In this document: positions 53,211 through 64,000 of the stretch, one piece after another
Position numbering within the stretch: the first letter of the stretch is position 1
How the letters are laid out: each line of letters starts with the position of its first letter
Assembly (NCBI RefSeq): GCF_040938485.1
Contig: NW_027271100.1
Coordinates: 2,232,001 to 2,296,000, forward strand
Source of the DNA: Diadema antillarum
Taxonomy: Eukaryota
Reading direction: 5' to 3'
Length of the DNA: 64,000 nucleotides
Notes under the pieces: generated by a model
Seen by the model: the letters and a program-made list of their open reading frames with translations, nothing else
What the model was told of the DNA's origin: nothing
The model's database searches: none
Program-made: the position numbers and the translations under genes

Positions 53211-54110
53211 CCTGATGTATTCATCGAGACTATGGACGCGCAAACTGTGGTGTCAAATGGCGCCTCTTGAAAGACACGTACGGCCTAAACCGTGCTTGCC
53301 TCCTAAGCTCGGGGCTGGGACAGTCCGTACTCGTAATGTGAACGATCTGGACGAGGGATCCAATCTTACTGCCGAGTTTATGAGGAGGCAGAGTATCCCC
53401 GTCAAGGGCTACATCGATCGCCAGTCCTCTTCCAATGCTTGAGGTTTGTTCCACTGGAGTCCGAGACCTGAGGTTGTAAGGCTATACCAGCCCACAGTGC
53501 ACACCCCAGTGAGGTCTCCCCAATTTTTTTTCCTTGTATGTACTGCATCTTTAATTCACTGTGACTGTTACAATTATAAGTGCTATTTCATGTACAGATT
53601 TTGACATAGTTGATGGGGTGTGGGGTAGAAGACCTGTGGGTCACGGTAATCAACTTTACCTTTTCTTGCCCTTGGCAGCCCGGTTTTCTATTTCACAATC
53701 TAGGGTTTTTTTATTTATTTTTTTCATTTGTGCTTTGTTTCTGTGTTATAACTTATCTTTGTTATGCTGAATCAAATGTGTTTTGTGTTCACCCATTTAC
53801 ACATGTCTGAAAACAACAACAACAACAACAATAACTGCAGCGCTTATAGCAGGGAAAGATCCAACGCTGGAGACGAATCTTCCACTATCAGGACTCGTGA
53901 AATCAGCTTCCTGATGTATTCATCGAGTGTGTGCACACTTGCTCTCGTGTCAAACGGTGCCTTTTCAAAGACACGTATGGCTCAAACCGTGATTACCTCT
54001 ACAGTTCGAAGCGGGGAGTGGACAGTCCGTACAGTAGAGTTGACGATCAGCGCACACCCCTAGCAAGGAGAGATCCAGCACTGGGGACGAATGTCCCACT
54101 ATCAGGGCCT
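53211..54110. repeat. Diverged paralogous modules: cctgatgtattcatcgag...ggacagtccgtac...acgatc at 53211 and 53910; gca.gga.agatcca..ctgg.gacgaat.t.ccactatcagg at ~53849 and ~54063
   Basis: Direct by-eye alignment. The two short motifs are 214 bp apart, which is not a codon multiple, and no reading frame is conserved. Confidence 0.8.
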
Positions 54111-55246
54111 ACTTGGCAGTTTGACAGTTTGGCAGTTTCCGTCCAACAGTGAGGTACCACAATATTCCCACCGACACGTAGTGGTAGGGTAGTGAGAGGA
54201 GATGTTTCACAGCTTCCCCATGGATATCGACAGACGAGTCAACCAACAATCAGTCCAACGGGGAGGTATATCGGCTCTACGTTCGATACCAACTCGAATT
54301 ATGCGGCGAACAACCGGTGTCGGTCCCGTGTTGTGGCATTGGAGTCTAACGTTAACTCTACTCGTCCTTCCCAACCACTCTACTCCCCGAGGCGTCGGGC
54401 CGTTACCGCAATATTCTTCCTCTTTAAGGAGGGTTGGCAGCTTGTGCCGAGAAGGAACGGTTACCAACACCAGCGGAAAATCAATTCCGTGGTAAACTGG
54501 TAGCCCTCCTCCCTGTCAGCCTCCACCTGTCAGAACCTGAAGCCATGGCATACGGAAGCTTCCTATCAGAGTTGAAAAGAGGTCAAATCCAATATGAACT
54601 GGGCGCTGGTGCAACGCGTTGCATCGATCTTTTACATAAGGCCCTTAGTTTGTGGCAGTATGTGTGCCTTCTCAACTTCCTTTATACCTTCGTGGTGGAA
54701 GACCGCATCTCAAAATCCTCTTCTTTGCTCCTCTCAAATTGTCGCCCTGTCCTACTGAGTGATATTGTCTTTTATTACTTTTCCTGTCGTGTTTAATAAC
54801 GACAATAATGCCATAACTGAGCCTTCCCCATCTTTTAAAAGTCCGCAATTATCAAAATACTTTGTCACACCTGTATGATGCATCTTTCAAACTAGCGCAA
54901 GGGAATTGATTATTCTTGACATGCTAAACACACCTATTCCTCAAATGTCCATCGTCATTAAAAATCCTTGATTCCATCCTCTTCTTGACTTTTCCTGTTT
55001 ATTTTATCCATCAACACTGAAATGAAGTGACCACATTACTCTGTAATGAACAAATCCGTTAAGCACACTCTGTATATAAATATTCTATCATCTTTGAATG
55101 GAAACAAGGGCAGAAGCATGAAGAAAGAGCGCATGAAAATACACACCAATGTTCAACAACAAACAGGAGATAAGGAAATACCATCTCTACAGACTACAAA
55201 CAGACCACATTTAACCCGTAATCTCTCTCCCTCTCTCTCTCACTCT

Positions 55247-55297
<51 letters not shown>

Positions 55298-58200
55298 TAT
55301 CATGTTTTAAAAAGAAATTCAAAATCAAACTTATTCATTTGTACACCCTTTAATCATATCTCCGCGAATATTCCCTTCTTTTTGTGTCGTGTTTAATGTC
55401 ATAATAATCTCTTTAGTAATAACTTTATTTTGTGAGATTTCTTGAGATAAGCCATGATTAGGCCTTTTGTTAGTCTTTCGCGTTTGATATTATCTTGTCT
55501 CAGTTTTCACCTTTGTATCTTATCAGTGAAAAAAATGTGAAGTAAATGAACTTGGACTTAATATAGGCCTACTTATATACATTATATGCTTATATACATT
55601 TATTATATCTTACATTATATATCATTATCATGATCTACATTATCATTTTATATAAAGCACAGATTGACACGAAGTGATTTAGTCCTGAATTAAATCTTCC
55701 AATCTTTATTTGCTCTATTTGCTTTATCTTATGTGACCAGAATCATCAAGATTATATCTCAGTTTTTTATTCTCAGTTCCTTAGAAGAAATATCATGATA
55801 ATAATACTATGTGTTGTGTTATTGAATATATTCAGTTGAATATCATGTTGAATAATACAACAAACTACTGACTCAATGGAATTTAAACTTTGTTTCTCAC
55901 TTTCTTTGTCACTTCCCCGTGCTCTGTTGTTCACACTTTTCTTTAATCATCACCACCATTATCGTCACTATAGCCTTCGCCGTGGGCTTCCATTCATTCA
56001 TTTTCTACTTTTTCTCTACATTTTCTTCTAGGCCTATTATTTCTTCTGCTCCAACTTCTTATTTACAGTTCTTTCAGTCTTGCCTTGTCCTGTATTAAAA
56101 CCCTTTTTTCGCATTCGCAATGATATATTCACCGGTACAATTACGCTGGCCTAACGAGAGTTGAGGATCTCTGAACAAATACGACTTCATACAGGGCCCG
56201 GATAGAGGAAAGACTGTCACTCGCCTGTGGCAGTCCGAAGACGTCAGGATGGCCGAGTAGTTCTGTTGAGAACATGGGTAAATAGTGAAAGGTGATCGAC
56301 GCCGTTCGACTGCACTGATTTGGCCGTAAATGTTCCAGTTCGATCAATCCGTTATACATTGAAAAGACGGTTTGAATGATGTATGTATCAAAATTAGTGA
56401 CAAGGGAGACGGATAAAGCGAAGACAATGTCAGACAAACAAACGGAAACAAAAACAACAAAAAAGGAAAGGGCAAACTGTAAAATCGCCCTCTTTCGATG
56501 AATACATTTAACAATACGCGATTCTGATTCCTTCATCTTCTTGCAGGCATCCTACGCACTGACCAGCCACATTTTAGAACATAAAGACAAAAAGTATGCA
56601 TATTGTTTGACAAGTCGTTCAATCATTTTAATTGCAAACGAAAACACTATAGCACATTATTTCGTTGTTACAATTATCCATTCTGACTTCTAAGAATCAA
56701 ATTTCATTTTTAAGGCTGGCTTTGATGCTGATGATGGATCAGCCATTTGTAGCCTCATGATAACAAAAGCTGAAAATCAGTCTATCACTCNNNNNNNNNN
56801 NNNNNNNNNNNNNNNNNNNNNNNNNNNNNNNNNNNNNNNNNNNNNNNNNNNNNNNNNNNNNNNNNNNNNNNNNNNNNNNNNNNNNNNNNNNNNNNNNNNN
56901 NNNNNNNNNNNNNNNNNNNNNNNNNNNNNNNNNNNNNNNNNNNNNNNNNNNNNNNNNNNNNNNNNNNNNNNNNNNNNNNNNNNNNNNNNNNNNNNNNNNN
57001 NNCTATCGTCCTAACTTTCTCTCAACACACATGAGAGTAATAGTGTTGTTATTTTCCTTCTATTGTTCTTGTGTTGAGCAGGTGGTCATAAAACACAGCA
57101 ATCCCAGAAAAATTAATGAAATATGTCCCTAGTAGAGAAATGAGCAAATTTCATCCGTTCCTCATTGTTTGTTTCTGGCGTCAGGGATAGGGTATGACGC
57201 CGATAGATCATTACTAGGAACAAATGAAACGAAATGAAATGAACTGAAAAAGTAATATAATTTTAACACCTTCACAAGCAGGAAATGGGATACTTCTGTC
57301 CATGGGCATCCAATCAGCAACAAAACTTGTCAAATCCTCACCACGACTTCTCATCTTTCATTTCCAACATGCAACAATTGCTTGGCTCAAACAATGAAGA
57401 TCATGGGGTTTTTTATCTTCTTTTTGGAAGAATATCAATACCTGGGCTGTCTTCTTCTTTTAAGCTCGGGTTTTTTTTTCTGTTTGGCAGCTTCATCTGA
57501 CTTTGCCGTACACCATAGAAGTTCCCCTTTGCCAAGAAACAGTGTCATGCTGCCGTTCAAGGGAACCCACACACAACCAACAATGGAGGGAAATGTGTTA
57601 TGTGCAAATTCAATTCACATGTAAGGAGCGCGTAGCATTGTATGCATAGTGTTTTACCCCCCCCCCCACACACACACACACTCAATATATATGATAATAT
57701 GAATTTTTTTCCTTCCAGTTTGTCATGTCAATGCACATGCATAATTATGACCCCCACCCCCCCCCCAAAAAAAAAAAAAAAAAAAAGAGGTGAAAATACG
57801 AGATAACGATGTGCAGGAACAGAACCATCGTTGTCGGCTCACCAAGCTGAATTTCAAGAATTTGGCGTTTCTCTTCGTTGTTCTTTTTATGTAGAAAAGG
57901 GCACCATAAAGTATATAAAAAGAAAATAAGTATAAGAAAATAAAATGAAAAAAAAAAACTACGCCTATAATGACGAGATGGGAGTAGAGGTTCAAGGCGG
58001 GATTAAAATGTCATCTCAGATATAATATAACATGTCATAATCATTTCTTTTTACACAATTTTGTTTATAAAATGAAGAGATGTTGGACCATTTAGGCCAC
58101 ATATTCTTGCGTCCTGGTCTTGAAAGTCAGCTTTGAGGCATGAATCTGAACACATTGATGTTCCACAAATGACGTGAGTTTTCTGTAGTACATTGTCAAG

Positions 58201-58550
58201 TCGAGACACAACGGCAGCAGTGCAAGCGTGTTCGCGGGTCTTCTTTGTCACGAAAAGTCTGATGCGAGCAATATTCATTAAGTATGGTGCCTTACATATT
58301 GCTTTCACCTGACAATCCATCATCAGGGCTGCAGCAATCTCCACCCAAAGATTTGTGGATTCGGCTGGATGGATAGAGATGCTTGAGAGAGGGAGGGGGG
58401 GTGCAGAAAGACAAATTAAGGGTGAGATGTGGACGTGTCAGTCATGAAAAGTTGTAACTCGCGTATCGAGACGAGGTCATTTTGTCACAAGATTCGTTTG
58501 AATGTCTTCACTTAATGTCATCCCTAGCGTATACAGTTGCCTTCTACCTA

Positions 58551-58690
58551 GCCTTTTGTCAAGGCCCTCTCGCTGAACTTATAAATATTACATCATGGTG
58601 AAGAGAGCCCAGCTGCGTGGGGTTGCGCTGTCGCAATGGGCTGGGCTCGCTTCGCTCGCCTGTTATAGAGAGAGGGCCTTGACAAAAGGC
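58551..58690. mobile_element. TA-flanked MITE
   Basis: Ends are TA|gccttttgtcaaggccctctc ... gagagggccttgacaaaaggc|TA, with an internal gctcgcttcgctcgc motif. Confidence 0.82.
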
Positions 58691-59052
58691 TACCCTCTAC
58701 CGGGCTCTGATCAGCATGGATGTACCGTAGACAGCATCAACGTGCATACAAGTGAAATGACTACTTGAATTCATTAGGTTTGATGACATCAGAAGAAAGT
58801 CGAGAATGCATATTGAAACGCTATAAGAACCCTGTCGAACATAACATTTCAAATCAAGCAAGAAGGGATGAGCTACACAGTCACAACTTGGCGAGGGATG
58901 GCGGAAAGCAGCAAAGCCAGTCTGGGATGATACTGCAATGACATTTTGTGTTCGCTACTTGACATCGAAACCGCACTTTCTGACTGTGGTTGACATTGAC
59001 TATCAGTCTTCCTCTGGCTTCCTGTCCAGGATGCTCTCATACCAACCAGATT

Positions 59053-59405
59053 GGTTACAGCTCGTTATTTTGAGCGTTCGTTATTCCGAAAGGTTTGTTG
59101 TCCGAAAATAGAATAAGGCTAGTTATTCCGAAAGTTAATCAATGTGAAAATGAAATAAGGTTCGTTATCACGAAAAAGAAACGAAGGTGTCTACTAACGG
59201 ACGTTGAAGATCCGAACCTTTTTTTTTATTTTCGGATTAACGAATCTTCAGAGCAACGAAACATATTTCATTTTCAGATTAACAAACCTTCGAAATAGCG
59301 GATCTTCATATTCAGATTAACGAACCTTCGGAATAACGAAACTTCTTTCATTGTCGGATTCACGAACCTTCGCAGTAACCAACCATCGGAATAACGAATA
59401 TCACC
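59053..59405. mobile_element. MITE built of TTCGTTATTCCGAA / TTCGGAATAACGAA subrepeats
   Basis: The subrepeats face inward from both ends. A related copy lies at 35628-35852. Confidence 0.72.
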
Positions 59406-61043
59406 CCAGATTGCCACAGGACAGGGAGACAATGACAAGATGCTAGAAACTGGCTTCCTTACTGGCAATGGTCACGGAAATGAGTTCACAATGATAGCTT
59501 TCAAAGGTGTACAAAATAGCCAAGACGTCAACAGCCGTTTCGATAATTGATTGACTCCATATTTGGGAACAAAATAAATCTACGTTTTCTTTAAACGAGC
59601 AAGTGGAGTGTCGAATCAAAGCCGTGAACAGGCTTTGTTCGGTGAGAAAGCAACACCGTTAGACCCTCATCTGGCGTGACCCCGTAAAATGTAGATTGAA
59701 AAGAAGTAGCTTGCGGCAGTATGTTGTTGCAGTTGTTATATTTTTTTTTGCGTGAATGTTTGTGTTCGTATATCAATGCAGTTCTGTAGGCTTTTGACAG
59801 ATCTATCTTATTGCAATGCTCTTTTCCGACATCCACACACAAAAACAACCCTTCGGCATAGATTACAGGCAGTTTTGGTAGCACTGTCTCTTTCGGAGAA
59901 CTCCGCATTTATTGGGCTTGGACAAAAGCAACAGTCATGTGTCTCGCAGCTATAGGTAGTTACATGACATAGAAACGTGAGGTTAAAATAAATGCAGAGA
60001 AAAAAAAACGAAAATGAAAACATCTCACGGCCTCTTTAGAGACGGAGAAGTCAGCGTGATTTTTGGAACTCAGGTAAACAATCTTATTTCAGTTCACTCA
60101 GAATAGTATGTTGGTCTTTTTTGTTTTCTTAGGGAGAGATCTCCTCAAACTATGACTCTGCTTGACCAGCTTGCTTTGTTTTTGTTTTAAAACTTTTTGT
60201 GTTTTATCTGTCTACAAAGTTATGACTATATGCCTTCTACTCCTGATGGACAAACATATCTTGTCAATACATTATAGGTAAGGGGGAAGTATGTTAAAAG
60301 ATTCGGTCCTCACTAAAACTTTATCTCAGCCAGCCTTGTCAATGTCTGTACATCTTTATTTGCTATTTTCGGCCACTATTATATCAACATAATTACAATT
60401 CTCATTATTATTACAACAATTATTATTATGGTCATTGATCTATGTTTGATTTACCATGTATGTTACCACATTATATAAGAACTCAAACAGTCTTCTGTGA
60501 TTTAACGTGTAGAAGTTGTTTACGTAATAGTGGTTATTCAAGTTTGTTAAACACGTGTGTCAGCTTGTAATTAGTAATCATATGCCTTCTAGAGCCCCTT
60601 CGTCCATGTAGCGAGCGTGCTCATTGAAAACGCCGGTGCATCTCCGCTGCGTTCGTTTTTGGTCATTATTATGAAGACAAACAAACTTAATTAGAGGGTC
60701 TCAGCTGGTCAGGCATGCATTCCTGCTCTTTACTATCATATCACACACATAAAGACCATAATGCATCAGAAACTTCGGTGATTACTGTCTTGTTTTTATC
60801 ATTGTGTTATGAAACAAATGTGAGTTGAATTTTTGTATGTCATGCGCTGATGTCTTCCTTTCTAGGCGAAAAGACGCGACAAATGCGGTATTAGTTCAGT
60901 TCAGTTCTTTATTTCAACACTTTCATAAAAAAATCACAATGGATACACAACAAAAACACATTAACACATTTACAATCATACAATCCTCTGCAGGACAAGG
61001 GAGAAAATGGAAAAGAAACATTATAAAAGTGTAAGGGCACAAC

Positions 61044-62310
61044 CAGTGGCGTATCTAGGGAAAACGGCGCCCGGGGCAAGCGCGAAAATTGCGTCCCTAA
61101 TTTCTGAAAAAGACTAGTGTTCAACCCCAACCCGATCCCGGTAGGGACTTTAAGCAAAGTCCACATGATATGCTTTTCAAGCCCTTAAAAGGGGTCTTTT
61201 GAAAGTGATTTAAATGTAATGAATTTTGATAAATTTTGGCGAGCGAGCGCAGCGAGCGAGCCGAAAATTTTTGTATTTCAGCTGACAAAACATGGAATTC
61301 TTGTCATTTTTTTCTTATCAAATCTTACAATTCTAATCAAGAGGGTGACGGCCTTATAAAATTACGATTTATCTATACCAAGAAACTGAGTATTTTAAAA
61401 AATATTCTAAATCAGGGGGGCATTTCATGAAGCATTTTGTCCGACAACTTGTCGGACAAAATTTGCTCTCAGCCAATCAGAAGCAAGGATTTCAGTAGCT
61501 GTTAACAGTTTGTCAGACGAAATATCTGACAAATTGCTTCATGAAATGTCCCCATGTACGCGCGAGTGAGCCGAAATTTGTATATTTCCGCGTCATCATG
61601 ACATTTTATTCTTATCTCCTTTTTGCTTTGATAAATTTTGGCGAGCGAGCGCAGCGAGCGAGCCGAAAATTTTTGTATTTCAGCTTACAAAACATGGAAC
61701 TCTTGTCATTTTTTGCTTTTCAAATCTTACAATTCTAATCAAGATATAGTGACGGCCTTATAGATAACGATTTTTACCAACAAACTGAGGACTTGAAGAA
61801 ATACTCTAAATTAGTACGAGCGATTGAGCCGAAATTTGTATATCTCCACGTCATCATTACGTTTTGTTCTTATCTTGTTTGATTTTTTTTTGCGCCCCCC
61901 CGTATTTTCGAAACCGTTGGCGCCTTCTTTTGATCCAATTGGCTATCGCTTCAGAACGAAAGAAATTGCAGCCGCTGCTCTGTGAAACATTTTGCCTGCT
62001 AAACATAAAATGACATGTGTGAACACAATAAACATTGTCATTTTGTCCGAGTCATCATTGTTTTTTGTTTTTATCTTTTTTTGATTTGGTTTTCTGCCCC
62101 CCCCCCCCACACACACACCATTCTTCCTCCTCCCCCCCCCCCTTCCGGTGAGTTGTTTCTTCTTCTTCTGCTACTTCTTCTTTTTTTCTTTTTCTTTTTT
62201 CCTTTTTTTTCCTTTTTTCTTTTTTCTTTCTTCTTCTTTTTTTTGCGCCCCCAAGGAGTGGCGCCCGGGGCACGTGCCCCCCTTGCCCCCCCCCCCTAGA
62301 TACGCCACTG
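61044..62310. mobile_element. Non-autonomous hAT-type DNA transposon (MITE)
   Basis: TIRs cagtggcgtatctagg / cctagatacgccactg. Perfect 8-bp TSD ggcacaac at 61036-61043 and 62311-62318. Internal duplicated gcgagcgagcgcagcgagcgagccgaaaattt blocks; no transposase. Confidence 0.93.
61413..61556. mobile_element. Small MITE nested in the hAT element; same family as 23740-23891
   Basis: Inverted ends ggggcatttcatgaagca / tgcttcatgaaatgtcccc. The core caatcag.....aaggatttcagtagct is shared with the 23.8-kb copy. Confidence 0.75.
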
Positions 62311-64000
62311 GGCACAACAGGAAGGCTAATATAATTGCCTTATATGACGTTGGACCCTGATGACAAAATAATTCATTCAGATTTGCAGATTAATACACAC
62401 ACACACACACACACACACATACATTATGAGGTGACACATCGCTTTATACGTGGCAAGATCATTGTAAGTTAGATAAATCTAATAAGTACAACTTATATCT
62501 CTTCTTGAATTGATTTAGTGAAGAGATAGTTCTTATTTCGTATGGTAAATCATTCCTACCAAAGGGCCTCTATAGAAAACAGAATTTTTGAGCATAGAGG
62601 TACGTACGGACGGGAGATGATAATCAGTAGAATTTTCTTGTATAATAATCATGAATGGACCCGATTTAAAGTGAAATATTCTTGCAGAGAAGTAGGGAGG
62701 AGGTTGTGTGAACACATAAACATAAAAATAGCAATTTGGAAAATATGTATATCATAAATATTCAGAACTTTTAAAGAGGCAAACATTGGCTGAGTATGGG
62801 CATAATATGAAGAATTAAGTATAATTCGTATTGCACGTTTTTGTAATTTGAACAGTCGACTCATATTTCGTTCTGTGGTACTGGCCCATGACGTAATACA
62901 ATAGTTAATATGGGGTGCAAAGAGTGTATCATACAACATCACAATATATTTCTAGGAAAGAATCTTAGCTTGTTCAACACTCCAGCACTCTTAGATGATT
63001 ATTGCAGATGACGCCAATATGTTCCTGTATTAAAGAAAATAAAGAGATTAAAAAATGTATTATTGTCAGTGGGAAGATGAGTTGAAATCAGTACGAACTG
63101 ATTACACCATGAACAAAGGCAAACGACGCTTTACTGAAGTAGCCAGTATCAGTCAAATGAAATTGCACAATGGGATACTTTCTCACGTTTGACTGAGCTA
63201 ATGTTTTTGTGTTTATAGGTGAGTTTTAAATTCTTTCTTATATCCTGGAAGGCAACCTCACATGGTGTGTTATTATCACAAAAACGGTCTATAATCTTAA
63301 ATACACTAAACAGATTATGAGGACCAATAATCGCAGTCAAAGTCATGACTGTAGGCCTGCATGCAACTGTAACGAGAATATCGATTCGTCGGGTAACATC
63401 GGAAAGTAAGCCACAGCAAAAACAGGTAGGTGGAAAGCGTGTAAGATAACTGTTCCTGCTTTAAAATTACATTTGAATTTAAAATGTACACCTCGTTGCG
63501 CATCGAGTAACTTGACAGGACCTGCCTTGATCTTTACCCAGCTGAACGATTTTACGCGATTTCGAAGCTCACGGGGTAGAAAAAAAAGAGGGCGGAGCCT
63601 GAAGCTTTGTGAGAATAATTGTCAGCGAGAAGCGAAGATGTCTTGACCGAAAGGAAATGACACCAAAAGGCATAATTTGGATTCTTCTCATCTTCCTTCG
63701 TAATCCTTCAATGGAGGTTAACGAAACCGTAGGGAGTTCCAGTATCAATAACAAGACACAGATACTAACCATCGTAATCAATTAAATATCGGAGTAAAAA
63801 GAATCTAATTGTTTGACCTGTTACAAAAAACCAACTTCGATGGGCTATCATTTATTTCTAAAGAACGATACACACACTGGTATCATATTCTAATCTTTCT
63901 TTACACCCAAACATGAAATACATCACTGAATGAGATACTGTATATTGTGATTCAGTCAGTATTGATCGGTTTCCACACAGAAACTCGTTATGTTGGTCAT

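Larger units (their letters stand above)
60893..63030 (-). mobile_element. Second, diverged L2/Crack-type LINE 3' fragment (RT C-terminus + 3' UTR), split by the hAT insertion
   Basis: The minus strand reads ..AGVLNKLRFFPRNIL / LYDTLFAPHINYCITSW..RLFKLQKRAIRII..LKVLNIYD..IAIFMF / RTSMLKNSVFYRGP / NDLPYEIRTISSLNQFKKR, homologous to the end of the 28-31 kb ORF2 but frameshifted. The 3' UTR resumes left of the hAT element and ends in AAATAAA + (GAACT)n at 60893-60914. Confidence 0.85.

Overview
This is an AT-rich, microsatellite-rich, repeat-dense eukaryotic (animal) window with three N-gaps. The histone H2B sequence points to a sea urchin (echinoid). I cannot support any intact host protein-coding gene, rRNA, tRNA or CRISPR array; almost all short ORFs in the track are chance ORFs, many starting at GTG/TTG or running through gaps and microsatellites. 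What can be supported: (1) a 5'-truncated CR1/L2(Crack)-group LINE on the minus strand at about 27.7-32.0 kb, with an RRM-type ORF1 fragment and a nearly intact APE+RT ORF2 carrying one frameshift near the C-terminus, plus several older LINE remnants; (2) many non-autonomous DNA transposons with visible TIRs/TSDs (hAT, IS3EU-like, CACT/EnSpm-like, TA-flanked, long-TIR foldback), some nested; (3) a 4 x 221-bp tandem array; (4) at 51.1-52.6 kb, a concatemer of three copies of a ~358-bp structured repeat enclosing a 5'-truncated late-type H2B whose 3' end stops inside the histone stem-loop. Item (4) is the most unusual feature and is best read as a chimeric retro-insertion formed by reverse-transcriptase template jumping (inference). 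I see no convincing evidence of a new multi-gene system.
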